A stretch of DNA of 53,629 bases from a virus. Taxonomy: Duplodnaviria; Caudoviricetes. Numbering within the stretch: position 1 is the stretch's first letter; every line of letters starts with the position of its first letter. The stretch lies in IMG/VR virus record IMGVR_UViG_3300033741_000039, positions 1 through 53,629 of that record, one strand, 5' to 3'. Shown in pieces: positions 16,983-25,703 of the stretch. Both the position numbers and the translations under genes were made by a program. Under the pieces are notes generated by a model. The model was not told the DNA's origin. It worked only from the letters and a program-made list of their open reading frames with translations, and searched no databases.

Positions 16983-17480
16983 CTATGCGGGCCAGACCAT
17001 CTCCAGGTCCGGCGTCTCTGTCCATCCCCACTGGCCATACCAGTCGGGGTCCTTCCTCAGTAGCACCGAGCGGTGTGCGCGGTGCAGCTCCTCGCTGCCA
17101 AGCCACTCGGGCATGGTGACGCTGTCGCTGTACATCTCCTCAGAGTGGTGGCCCCGAGCGAGCAGCAGCGGCATGTTGTTCTCGTAGCCCCGGCGCACCC
17201 ACTCGCGGATGCAGCAGTCACCGTACAGCATGAGCGCTGTGACGTGGTTCCGCCACATGACTGTTGCCGGATGCATGGCCCAGCCTATCTTGGTGAACGC
17301 CTCGGTCCTGGCCGATCGCCACTCCTCTGTGGACATGGCCTTGTCACAGTGCGCCGCCTCCCTGACTCCCTGGATCGCCCTCTGTATCTGGCGGGCCTCG
17401 ACCCGCTGCTTGCCGAGCCGCTGGCGGTCGAGCTGCATCACGGACACGACGAAGTTGGGGTGGGGCAGGAAGGTCTGCAT
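16983..17480 (-). CDS. Pyrimidine-dimer DNA glycosylase-like protein (MSMEG_6728/DenV-related)
   Basis: MQTFLP..LDRQRLGKQRVEA..HPATVMW..EWVRRGY..PEWLG..HRSVLLRKDP..Y. Confidence 0.85.
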   Translation of the reverse strand: MQTFLPHPNFVVSVMQLDRQRLGKQRVEARQIQRAIQGVREAAHCDKAMSTEEWRSARTEAFTKIGWAMHPATVMWRNHVTALMLYGDCCIREWVRRGYENNMPLLLARGHHSEEMYSDSVTMPEWLGSEELHRAHRSVLLRKDPDWYGQWGWTETPDLEMVWPA

Positions 17481-17743
17481 CAGTCGTCGCTCCGCACTAT
17501 GCGAAGCAGCTCACCCCTCGGGAAGTAACCCTTCATCAGTTTGTCCTCGGTGTACTCAAAGGCGAACTTGGTTCGGCCTCCCATGTGGGGTCCGCTGAAC
17601 TCGTCCATGAACACCTCCCTGTGGTGCTCGGGGTAGTCGTCGGGCAGCTCAACAGCCACCCAGTAGTCGCTGAGGTTGGTCGGCATGTCCGGGTGTGTGC
17701 AGACCTGGTTCGATCCGAAGGTGAAGCAGTGTGTGACTGTCAT
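17480..17743 (-). CDS. Hypothetical protein
   Basis: FTFGS..YWV..FAFEY; coupled. Confidence 0.65.
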   Translation of the reverse strand: MTVTHCFTFGSNQVCTHPDMPTNLSDYWVAVELPDDYPEHHREVFMDEFSGPHMGGRTKFAFEYTEDKLMKGYFPRGELLRIVRSDD

Positions 17744-17955
17744 CAGTGTGTCTCCTCAACTCTACATATGTGGAACTCTGTGCTCTCGTCAACGGTGCGG
17801 TTTCTCCTCACCGTTCGGACCACAGCCATCGCTCCCTCCAGGTCACGGTGGCCCCAACTGTACAGGACATTCGTGATAGGGACTCTCGTCCCGCCCTCTT
17901 CCTCTGACCAGTCGACCTGGACAATGAAATACTTGTCTGACATCTTCGCCTCCAA
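17743..17955 (-). CDS. Hypothetical protein
   Basis: GGAGG RBS before MSDKY; coupled. Confidence 0.55.
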   Translation of the reverse strand: MEAKMSDKYFIVQVDWSEEEGGTRVPITNVLYSWGHRDLEGAMAVVRTVRRNRTVDESTEFHICRVEETH

Positions 17956-17967
17956 TACACGGGTAGA

Positions 17968-18438
17968 CTACGCTCCCAGCCCCGCCCGCACAAGCTCCTC
18001 CTCGATGAGGTAGCCCGCGACCCGGCGCATGAGCTCGTCGTTGTACAGGCGGTTCATGCCCGAGGGGTGGGGCAGGTACGCCCAGGTCACACCACGGTGC
18101 AGGGTCCACGCGGCTGGAGCCTCCTCTGGGAGCCACAGGACGTTCCGGACCGCAGCGCCTAGGACAACCACCCTTCGGCCCTGGAGCATCTCCCACAGGC
18201 CCTCCACGCGTCCTCTGGCCCGTATGGGGCACCACTCCGGCTCGTCGAGCAGGTTGTGGCGGCTCGTGAGGCGCATGTACTCCGCTCTGGAGACGCCGCA
18301 GACCTCGTTGACCATGCGCCACAGTCTCCATCCAGCCACGCCCCTCGGGTGCGGCGCGAGTGCCCAGCGTGGGTCACTGCTGTGTGGGTTGTTCATCCCC
18401 AGGAGGACAGGGCGCTGGTCAGCCACGCTCCTCTCCAT
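17968..18438 (-). CDS. Uracil-DNA-glycosylase-like fold protein (divergent)
   Basis: LLGMNN, AGWRL, RVVVLG, YLPHPSGMNRLYN. Confidence 0.7.
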   Translation of the reverse strand: MERSVADQRPVLLGMNNPHSSDPRWALAPHPRGVAGWRLWRMVNEVCGVSRAEYMRLTSRHNLLDEPEWCPIRARGRVEGLWEMLQGRRVVVLGAAVRNVLWLPEEAPAAWTLHRGVTWAYLPHPSGMNRLYNDELMRRVAGYLIEEELVRAGLGA

Positions 18439-18637
18439 CCCAGTACATGGTCATGTCGCGCGCCAGAGGGAAGACCTCCCGCGCGTTGCGACCCTGACGT
18501 GTGCTCCCGGACCATGCCCAGACCCTCTCAGCGGTGGTGCTGAGGCAGTCGTGCCCGAGATACAGGCCCGTCTCCCGGTCGAACATGACCACCCTATTGG
18601 ACAGTCGTGGTCGAGCCGTGTATGCTATGGCCGTCAT
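18419..18637 (-). CDS. Hypothetical protein
   Basis: ATGA overlap; YL..AWSG..Q.RN. Confidence 0.55.
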   Translation of the reverse strand: MTAIAYTARPRLSNRVVMFDRETGLYLGHDCLSTTAERVWAWSGSTRQGRNAREVFPLARDMTMYWDGEERG

Positions 18638-19575
18638 CGGTACACTCCTCTTGGTCGGCCCTGCCCAAGTCGGGCACGCTCGTACTTGTCGAACTCACAC
18701 AGGGTGTGCTCGATATCCCTCATCTCCACCTGATGCCCCTCGCGGTGGGGCCAGATGTGGCGGTACTCACCGTCGGCCAGCTCGAGCAGCGCCCGCATCT
18801 CACAGACGAAGACGTGCTTCGGCTGGCTCCGGTTCAGGTCGCGACCGTGCAGGCGGTTCAGCCCTCGCATCGCGCCGGGGCCGGGGTTGGCCCACGTGCG
18901 GATGTCCGGCGCTCGATCGAGCAGGGCGGTGTGGCGCAGGTCGGTGACGATCTCGTAGGACATGAAGTCCCCGAGGAACTGATGCTGGGTCATGGTCCTC
19001 CATGCGTCCTCAAGACTCCATGGGTGGCCCTGCCTCGCGCTGTTCAGCATCTCCCACCCAAGACCACGCCCGGACCCAGTACTGTGCCCACCACTGGTCT
19101 TGGTGATCCCCCAGTTGAACTGGTCCACGCACCAGAGGACACCGTCGAGCTTGTTCATGCCGTTCGGGGTCTTGATGATGTAGGAGCCAGTCACGTAGGG
19201 GCCTGCGCCGCAGTGGGTAAGTACGGCGGCGCGGATGATGTCCGTCTCACCGTGCTCGAGGTAGTCCTCCCAGGCTGTGATCCCCCGCCCGCTGCCCCGG
19301 TGGTCCGCGACCTGCGAGAAGATGGCGTCCCCGGTCGTGGTCCGGTTGAACCAGCGCCAGAGGACTGTGGCCAGCAGGACGTCGGGCGAGTTGCGGAGCC
19401 TGTCGCGTATCTGGACCCGGAAGTGCTTCGTCGTGATGTCGTCCTCGCGGTAGACGTTGCAGAACCTGTACTGGGACAGGATGGGGTCGTCCGTCCACTC
19501 GGGGCGGGGCAGGCCCTCGCGCCGACGTAGGAGGATGCTCTGGCGCTCTCTGGCGTACTCGAAGAAGGGTCTCAT
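18634..19575 (-). CDS. aGPT-Pplase1 / 5-hmdU DNA kinase helical-domain family protein
   Basis: ERQ..WTDDPILSQYRFCNVYREDD, RWFN, GSYII, GDFMSYEIVTDL, GPGAMRGL, DIEHTLCEFDKY. Confidence 0.82.
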   Translation of the reverse strand: MRPFFEYARERQSILLRRREGLPRPEWTDDPILSQYRFCNVYREDDITTKHFRVQIRDRLRNSPDVLLATVLWRWFNRTTTGDAIFSQVADHRGSGRGITAWEDYLEHGETDIIRAAVLTHCGAGPYVTGSYIIKTPNGMNKLDGVLWCVDQFNWGITKTSGGHSTGSGRGLGWEMLNSARQGHPWSLEDAWRTMTQHQFLGDFMSYEIVTDLRHTALLDRAPDIRTWANPGPGAMRGLNRLHGRDLNRSQPKHVFVCEMRALLELADGEYRHIWPHREGHQVEMRDIEHTLCEFDKYERARLGQGRPRGVYR

Positions 19576-19598
19576 GCTGTTACTCCTGTGCTGACTTC

Positions 19599-19627
19599 AG
19601 TCTACCTACGGAGGGTCCAAAAGAAAA
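19599..19627 (-). promoter_or_regulatory. Putative promoter TTTTCT-N17-TAGACT for the modification operon
   Basis: Resembles the TTTTGT-N17-TATACT sites; overlaps the terminator U-tract. Confidence 0.45.
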
Positions 19628-19654
19628 GCGGGCTAGCCGTGAGGCCAACCCGCT
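19619..19654 (-). terminator. Rho-independent terminator
   Basis: AGCGGGUUGGCC/GGCUAGCCCGCU stem followed by UUUCUUUU. Confidence 0.8.
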
Positions 19655-19680
19655 CTGATCATCAGACTGGTGTTTGGGGA

Positions 19681-20370
19681 TTAACCGACCTTGATGAACT
19701 TCTTCTCGACATCGTTCTTGATGTCGGGGCTGGTGAGACCGCCCTCGAGCGCCTGATCCACAGTCATGCCGTTCTTGTAGACAGCGAATCGCTCGGCGGA
19801 CTTGGTGCCTGCGCGCTTGGGGTTGTGGTCCTTGCCGTATGGCTTGCCATCCTTGTCGGTCAGCAGGGTGATCTTGGCGTCGCGCTTGAAGCCTGCGACC
19901 AGTGCTGGTGCCTCTGGGGCCTTGTCGGCTGCGGGCGCGGTGTTTGCTGGTGTGTTGGTCATCGTTCTTCTCTCCTTGAGTGTCAGTTCTCTGTCCCGGG
20001 AAATGGTTTCACAGATGACAGCCGGGTCCGTCGGGGGTAGCTCGGTCATCGCGACCATTCTCTTCCATATCGAGGGGATGTAGTGCTGGATGACGTTCCG
20101 ACCACCAGCCTCCCGCTCCCTGATCAGCACCTCAGACCTGAAGTCCTCGTCGCCCAGGGTGCGCAGCAGATCGGGCAGCTCGAGCCGGGTCCACTGACGC
20201 ATGATATGGTCCTCGTCGACGCAGATGACGTCCCCGTACTGGATCAGGGGATGGCGGTCAGCCTCCTCGAATGAGGAGAACCTGAACCAGTCCCCTAGTC
20301 CTGCGCGGGTCACAGCGACGACCCAAGATGTGCTACCTTGATCAACCATGAGCCAAGTGTCCGCGCACAT
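19681..20370 (-). CDS. Protein with C-terminal NPK..G(T/S)K domain (paralog 3); probable internal start at 19962
   Basis: NPKRAGTKSAERFAVYKNGMTV; internal AAGGAG RBS before MTNTPA. Confidence 0.75.
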   Translation of the reverse strand: MCADTWLMVDQGSTSWVVAVTRAGLGDWFRFSSFEEADRHPLIQYGDVICVDEDHIMRQWTRLELPDLLRTLGDEDFRSEVLIREREAGGRNVIQHYIPSIWKRMVAMTELPPTDPAVICETISRDRELTLKERRTMTNTPANTAPAADKAPEAPALVAGFKRDAKITLLTDKDGKPYGKDHNPKRAGTKSAERFAVYKNGMTVDQALEGGLTSPDIKNDVEKKFIKVG

Positions 20371-20412
20371 CAGGGAGTGGTAAAGCGAAAAGAACTGAGC
20401 AAGATCAGTGAG

Positions 20413-21912
20413 TTAAAGAACATAGTGCTTGCGGTCCTTGGGCCTGACTAGCGTGAGGTTGCGCCTCGCGCGGGTCACAGCGACATACCAGACCCGCGCC
20501 TCGTCCTCTGGCTCGACACGCATCTCATCGTAGGTCCGGTGGGCCATGTCGGGCAGGAGGACCACGTGGTCGGCCTCGCCTCCCTTGGAGCCATGGATCG
20601 TGGCCAGCCGGATGCGGGGGGTGTCGGGCTTCTCTCCGTTCTGGAGGGCTGCGCGCAGGTAGTTCATGTCGTCTCGGGGTATGCGGTCGAGGGCAGTGTA
20701 CCACTCAGCGGTCGTCTCCAGTCCACCACTGGCCTGTAGCCAGCTTAGATCGACAATCTGGTCGGATGGCACACCCTGAAGAGCCTTGTAGCCCCGCCTT
20801 ATCCCCCGCCCCGAGGTCATGTAATTGTACACAGTTCGGACGTCGTCCACGGACATAGACTTGCCGTGACGCAGGCCCTCCCACATGCGGACCGCGCTCA
20901 GTACAGCCCGAGGCACAGAGGAGTTGTCTCGGAACTCGTACAGCAGGCCCTCGCGCCGGAGGTCGCTGGCCGCTGCCCGGAGAGAGAAGGCGTTGCGGGA
21001 CAGTATGAGGATGTCGCTGCCAGACAGGTCGGAGTCAAGGACGCTGGGGCTGCGGATGACCGCGCCCTCGTGGGCTGCAGCGGCCCACTCCTTGGGCCTG
21101 CGGTGTGCGACCCGGCCAATGACCTCGTGTGCCACTGTCTGGACCTGCGGTGGGACGCGCCAGCTCTGACCGAGGACCGTGACTGTACCGTCCAGCCCAA
21201 CGAAGTGCTCGACCGCAGCGCCCGCCCAGCGGTAGATGGCCTGATCGTCGTCGCCCGCTATGACAACTCGGCGCGCGCCCCGGCTGAGCTCGTCCACGAC
21301 CCGCCACTGGAGGGTGGAGAGGTCCTGCGCCTCGTCGACGAACACGACCTCCAGCTGAGGTGCCCAGGATGCCCGGACGAACTGGTCCAGCATGTCGGTG
21401 TAGTCGTGCAGGTTGCGGGCCTTCTTGTACTGTCGCAGGCCCTCGGACACGCGCTCCACCAGTGTCCAGGGGAGTCCATCGTTGTTCCGCTCGTACAGCT
21501 CGCGCAGGGGTATGTTCATGACCCTGGAGAGGTTCTCCATGAACATGGCTCGGTCCCCGTCGGTGAACCCGAACTTGGTGGTGTCCTCGACCCTCTGGGT
21601 GGACGACAGCTTGAGCCCTATCCAGTCCCCGAACTCCAGCACGTTCTGCCCGTCGAACACGTCGGAGTTGGTCATGCCCGTCGCCCGGAAGCACAGGCTG
21701 TGGAGAGTGCGGAAGTAGGGCAGGTCGCGGCGCTGCAGGCTGAACCGCTCGCAGGCTCTGCTGACCGCCTCGTTCGCGGCCCGCTTGGTGAAGCTGAAGT
21801 AACCTATCCGCTCGGGGTGGGTTCCGGAGGCAAGCTCCTCCTCGACCATGGTGAGGAGGCGGGTCGTCTTGCCTGTGCCCGGTGGACCGAGGACGATGTC
21901 CCTAGTGGACAC
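20413..21912 (-). CDS. UvrD/Rep-like SF1 helicase
   Basis: GPPGTGKT, SFTKRAA, TLHS, VDEAQD, GDDDQAIYRWAGA, TIHGSKGGEAD, YVAVTRA. Confidence 0.93.
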   Translation of the reverse strand: MSTRDIVLGPPGTGKTTRLLTMVEEELASGTHPERIGYFSFTKRAANEAVSRACERFSLQRRDLPYFRTLHSLCFRATGMTNSDVFDGQNVLEFGDWIGLKLSSTQRVEDTTKFGFTDGDRAMFMENLSRVMNIPLRELYERNNDGLPWTLVERVSEGLRQYKKARNLHDYTDMLDQFVRASWAPQLEVVFVDEAQDLSTLQWRVVDELSRGARRVVIAGDDDQAIYRWAGAAVEHFVGLDGTVTVLGQSWRVPPQVQTVAHEVIGRVAHRRPKEWAAAAHEGAVIRSPSVLDSDLSGSDILILSRNAFSLRAAASDLRREGLLYEFRDNSSVPRAVLSAVRMWEGLRHGKSMSVDDVRTVYNYMTSGRGIRRGYKALQGVPSDQIVDLSWLQASGGLETTAEWYTALDRIPRDDMNYLRAALQNGEKPDTPRIRLATIHGSKGGEADHVVLLPDMAHRTYDEMRVEPEDEARVWYVAVTRARRNLTLVRPKDRKHYVL

Positions 21913-22189
21913 GTATCTTCCTCACAAAGGGGGACCCAAGGGTGGCAACCTCAACGATCTCTGTCTCTATCGGGACAATGCGCTTCCGCCAGCAGATGGC
22001 GACCCACCCACGGCTGTACTCTGTGTCTCCGTTGAGACACAGGTGCTGGCCGATGACGCTTGTCACCAGTCCCTCCTTGGTGGACCTGTCCTCAGTGTTC
22101 CAGATACTGTGCGCCCTGACCTGTATGTAGTCGCCGACCTCGGGCAGTTCCCTGGACCTCCACTTCGGCTCCCAGTGGTACTCAGCCAT
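21902..22189 (-). CDS. Hypothetical protein
   Basis: RBS and coupling. Confidence 0.55.
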   Translation of the reverse strand: MAEYHWEPKWRSRELPEVGDYIQVRAHSIWNTEDRSTKEGLVTSVIGQHLCLNGDTEYSRGWVAICWRKRIVPIETEIVEVATLGSPFVRKIRVH

Positions 22190-22517
22190 CGTCCTTCCTC
22201 CTCGGGAGTGAATCCACAGCCGCCTGGAGGGTCACCAGGAGGCCGGGGATAGCGTCCTCGGGTACGTGGGCGACCGCGCCGCCATAGGTGATGTAGAAGG
22301 CGTCTGTGGGGTGTGGCTCGAGGTTCAGGGACTCGGACCTGCCGTGGGTCCTCTGGGTGTCAGGGCACCAGAACCCAGCGGAGCGGACGGTGTAGAACAT
22401 GTGCTCCCTGCGGTACTCTCGGGCGATACCATGGCCCACGATGCTGTGGGTGAGGTGTGCGTGGAAGAGGACGGGGTGGTGACCTCCGAGGTCGTCGATC
22501 AGCATGACGTACTTCAC
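22182..22517 (-). CDS. Hypothetical protein
   Basis: MKYV..PVLF..H..SAGF..GRSESLNL pattern. Confidence 0.65.
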   Translation of the reverse strand: MKYVMLIDDLGGHHPVLFHAHLTHSIVGHGIAREYRREHMFYTVRSAGFWCPDTQRTHGRSESLNLEPHPTDAFYITYGGAVAHVPEDAIPGLLVTLQAAVDSLPRRKDDG

Positions 22518-23122
22518 TGTTCCATCTCCCTCAGTGATCTGACGACCGTTGTGTGCAGCAGCACGCGGGCTGCATCAGTCAGGCCGCTCATCTTTCGCTC
22601 GATCTCCGACCACATCCAGTCCTCGGTCGGCCCGCCCTCCTGGAACGCATTGTGGGGTGTCTCTCCGTGAGGACAAACAATGCGGGGCCTGTCCTTCTCT
22701 GTCATCGTCTTACTGATGAGGGTCATCCCACCCTCACCGTGGAACTTTGTCTGGTGGAACGTCCCTGGTGACTGCTCGTAGGACGACCCGGCTGTGAGAT
22801 GGAAGTGGTGAGTCTGTGTGAGTACCACCCTACCCAGAGAGGTGAACTCTGCCCCAGTCTTGCTGCTGCCACCCACGGACATGACACAGTAGAACCCCTC
22901 GCGATGAGGGATGGTGTCGTACAGTATGTGCTCAATGTCGCCAGACAGCACTGAGCTGAACATGTAGAACGTGTGATCGTGTATGCGTGCATTGTGCAGG
23001 TGGTCAGTCCGGTTCGGCGCAGTGTGGACGTGCAGGCGCTCGCTCGGGCTGATGTACAGCTGCACCATCCCATTCCCATGGTATCTCGGCTGCTGGTTCA
23101 GTTGTCTGAGTAGGTTCATCAT
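22514..23122 (-). CDS. Cupin-fold (cysteine-dioxygenase-like) metalloprotein
   Basis: RLHV..IHDH.F...S.VLSG.I.H..Y; AGSSY....GTFH. Confidence 0.65.
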   Translation of the reverse strand: MMNLLRQLNQQPRYHGNGMVQLYISPSERLHVHTAPNRTDHLHNARIHDHTFYMFSSVLSGDIEHILYDTIPHREGFYCVMSVGGSSKTGAEFTSLGRVVLTQTHHFHLTAGSSYEQSPGTFHQTKFHGEGGMTLISKTMTEKDRPRIVCPHGETPHNAFQEGGPTEDWMWSEIERKMSGLTDAARVLLHTTVVRSLREMEQ

Positions 23123-24675
23123 CAGATAGGCTCCTGTGGTGGCTCAGGTAGGTCTACGTCCGGAGCCTCCTCGAGGCTAGTCTCATGGACCCAGAACAGG
23201 TTGACGTAGCGCCCGCCGATGTTCAGGCCTCCACGCCCGCCCATGTCCGTGACCACCTGCCCGATCTTGTTCCTGCCCCACTGGCGGAACCCGTCGCGGT
23301 CGAGATGGGACGTGAGGTCGCGCAGCCGGAAGTAGTGGCGGGAGGTATCGGGGTCCAGGTAGGGTCGGCCCTGATGGATGTCCTCCCAGCGCTGGCCCCT
23401 GTGGCGGTCGGTGAGGAATGCCTCCAGCTGCTCCATGAAGTGACCATGGACGCTCATCTCCGGAGCCGCCTCGATGCGCACCGCGTTCTGCATGGCGTCG
23501 CCCACGATCGCGGCCCAGGTGTCGGCCCGCAGGGGCATGTAGTAGATGGTGAGCTGCTCCATGCACACCAGCTGGAAGTCGCGGTAGTTCTGCAGCTCTC
23601 GGGTCTCCAGCTCTATGCGCTGGTCCTCGATGTCCATGAACCAGATGGGAGGTTCGCTCTCCAGCTTGCTGAGGCCGGATATGTGAGGGAACAGGCCCGA
23701 GCCGCCGACGCCGAACTTGCGGCCACGGCAGATGGCGCTCTCGCAGTGGGAGACCAGCGGCTGGTCACGGCAGCTGTAGTTGTACTCCTTCTTCTCGAGC
23801 GACTTGACCACGCCCATGACCTCGTCCGACGTGAGGGGTGGCTTCATGTGCTCGCGGTTCAGCTCCTCAAGGTGCTTGCGCCAGTTCTCTCCGTACTTCT
23901 TCTGGCAGTATATGCCGAGGGCGAACAGCCCGTTGTTACGTGTCCCGTCGGGGAAGCCTGTCTGGGTGAGATGCTGCAGGCAGGGCGGGCCATCGCCCAG
24001 CGGTGCGTCCTCGTTACTGGTACCCCGACCTCCACCACTCCCCCGCCCCACCACTGACGGAACGTCTGCCAGCTCGAGCCGCATCTCCTCAGCGTAGGTC
24101 AGGAACTCGCTCAGGGAGTATGCAGCCATCGTCTCCTTGACAGCGTAGCGGTCGGTGTCGTTGCCTCCGAGGTAGGGCATGTTCAGCCAGTTGCCGAGGT
24201 CTCCGCGCTCCACCAGGACCTGGTTCTGCTTCGGGAATATCTCACAGTCTCCCCAGCCCATGGAGGCGGCGATGTTCGCCATGCGCTCCCTGACCTCAAC
24301 AGCGGGGGCGGGGGATGAGAGGAATAGGTATGCGTGGGCACCGCCGGACTTGGTGCGGGCGACTATGAGGGGCAGCTTGCGCTTCTTGATCTCTCGAACA
24401 GTCTCCGCGTGGTCTATGTCGTAGCGGTCCACGTCGATGCAGGCCCAGCTGCACTCATGGTTCTCGTCTATTGGGATGATGCCGATGGGGCGCTCGCCCG
24501 ACAGGTGCTCCTGCCACAGCTCCTCGGTCACTGGCTCGCGCACCGTTCTGGCAGACTTCTTGATCTCCAGCTTGCCACCCTTGCTGTTGTTCCTGTCGGT
24601 CTTGCCGTGGGTGCCGTGGGCACCGCCGAAGCCTCGGAACAGGGCCATCATTCTTGCCGCGCTTGTACTCGTCAT
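23122..24675 (-). CDS. AEP-family primase with PriCT domain
   Basis: IDVD, RTKSGGAH, EIFPKQ, GNWLNMPY, PPCL..GTRNNGLF..PPL. Confidence 0.85.
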   Translation of the reverse strand: MTSTSAARMMALFRGFGGAHGTHGKTDRNNSKGGKLEIKKSARTVREPVTEELWQEHLSGERPIGIIPIDENHECSWACIDVDRYDIDHAETVREIKKRKLPLIVARTKSGGAHAYLFLSSPAPAVEVRERMANIAASMGWGDCEIFPKQNQVLVERGDLGNWLNMPYLGGNDTDRYAVKETMAAYSLSEFLTYAEEMRLELADVPSVVGRGSGGGRGTSNEDAPLGDGPPCLQHLTQTGFPDGTRNNGLFALGIYCQKKYGENWRKHLEELNREHMKPPLTSDEVMGVVKSLEKKEYNYSCRDQPLVSHCESAICRGRKFGVGGSGLFPHISGLSKLESEPPIWFMDIEDQRIELETRELQNYRDFQLVCMEQLTIYYMPLRADTWAAIVGDAMQNAVRIEAAPEMSVHGHFMEQLEAFLTDRHRGQRWEDIHQGRPYLDPDTSRHYFRLRDLTSHLDRDGFRQWGRNKIGQVVTDMGGRGGLNIGGRYVNLFWVHETSLEEAPDVDLPEPPQEPI

Positions 24676-24827
24676 ACTCTGTCCTGTCTGAGGAGGTAGG
24701 TCCCACCCCTGGGACTGTGGCGAGGGGTGGGTTGCCCGTCTCTCCGGGCTGTCACCTTTTAACGGCGGTCGCCATCACTCCGCATGGCCCAGCGCGATAC
24801 GGGCGCTGAGCAGGCTTCGTGATCTCC

Positions 24828-25703
24828 TCAGATCGGGACGTCGTCGCCCTTCGCTGTGCTGTCCTTGGTGGCCTCCGCTGTCTCGGCAACGAGGGTCTCC
24901 TCCTCGACCGACTTGAGCAGGCTCAGGCCCGCCCGCAGAACTGACTCGTCAGCGAGCCAGCCAAGGTCGTCCACCACGTACTGGAACCACGACTGCTCGC
25001 CCCTCTGGCGGTAGCGTGTCCGCATGCCGTACTGGCGGAAGAAGCTTGGTGCCTTCTGGGCGCGGCCCGGAATGCGGTGCTGCTTCATCTGCGCTGTCCA
25101 GCTGCGGCTGGTGGTGTGGTTGCTGCCTCCCATGGGGACAACGATGGCCATCGCGCCGCCCTGATCGTCCAGCAGGTTGCAGTAGTGGTAGCGGGTGTCC
25201 ACGAGGCGGTTGCTGTTGGGCATGCGCCAGATGGTGCGGTCCGCGTTCTGTGGGTCGACCGTCTCCTGCGCCTCCTCAGGACGCTGCTCGAAGGGGTACT
25301 GGTTGACTGGGCTGCCCTCACCCGGCTCGCCCTCCCACTCGACCCACACGTGGTGGAAGCCTGCGGGCTGCAGCAGGATGGGAGGTAGGTTGTCGCCCAT
25401 CTTGATTACGCGGTTCAGTGAGCGGATGATGAAGTCCCCTGCCTCAGCGCCCTCGATGTACTTGGGGTGCTTCTTCTTGACCTCTGCCGAGTTGTCCTGG
25501 AGGATTGCCAGGATGGGGATCATGGAGTCCTCGGAGTTCTCCGAGTAGCCCAGACCGCCAAGCTCGTCTACCTCCGCGAGAAGGTCGGCGGGCAGGGCGA
25601 AGTCCGTCTTCACCATCTCGCCTGTTGACTGGTCCATGACCTCACCCGTCAGGATGCTACCGGGGTTCCTCGTGGCCTCAGCCACCTCTGTACTCTTGCT
25701 CAT
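24828..25703 (-). CDS. Putative single-stranded DNA-binding protein
   Basis: Next to primase; IP.L.ILQ..S.EV..YIEGAEAG; acidic C-terminal tail DDVPI. Confidence 0.6.
   Translation of the reverse strand: MSKSTEVAEATRNPGSILTGEVMDQSTGEMVKTDFALPADLLAEVDELGGLGYSENSEDSMIPILAILQDNSAEVKKKHPKYIEGAEAGDFIIRSLNRVIKMGDNLPPILLQPAGFHHVWVEWEGEPGEGSPVNQYPFEQRPEEAQETVDPQNADRTIWRMPNSNRLVDTRYHYCNLLDDQGGAMAIVVPMGGSNHTTSRSWTAQMKQHRIPGRAQKAPSFFRQYGMRTRYRQRGEQSWFQYVVDDLGWLADESVLRAGLSLLKSVEEETLVAETAEATKDSTAKGDDVPI

Noticed and set aside
16063-17106. ORF-track start at 17106 for the SDR, and 14457 for the HD gene
   Set aside because: These extensions overlap upstream genes; RBS and motif positions support 16968 and 14247
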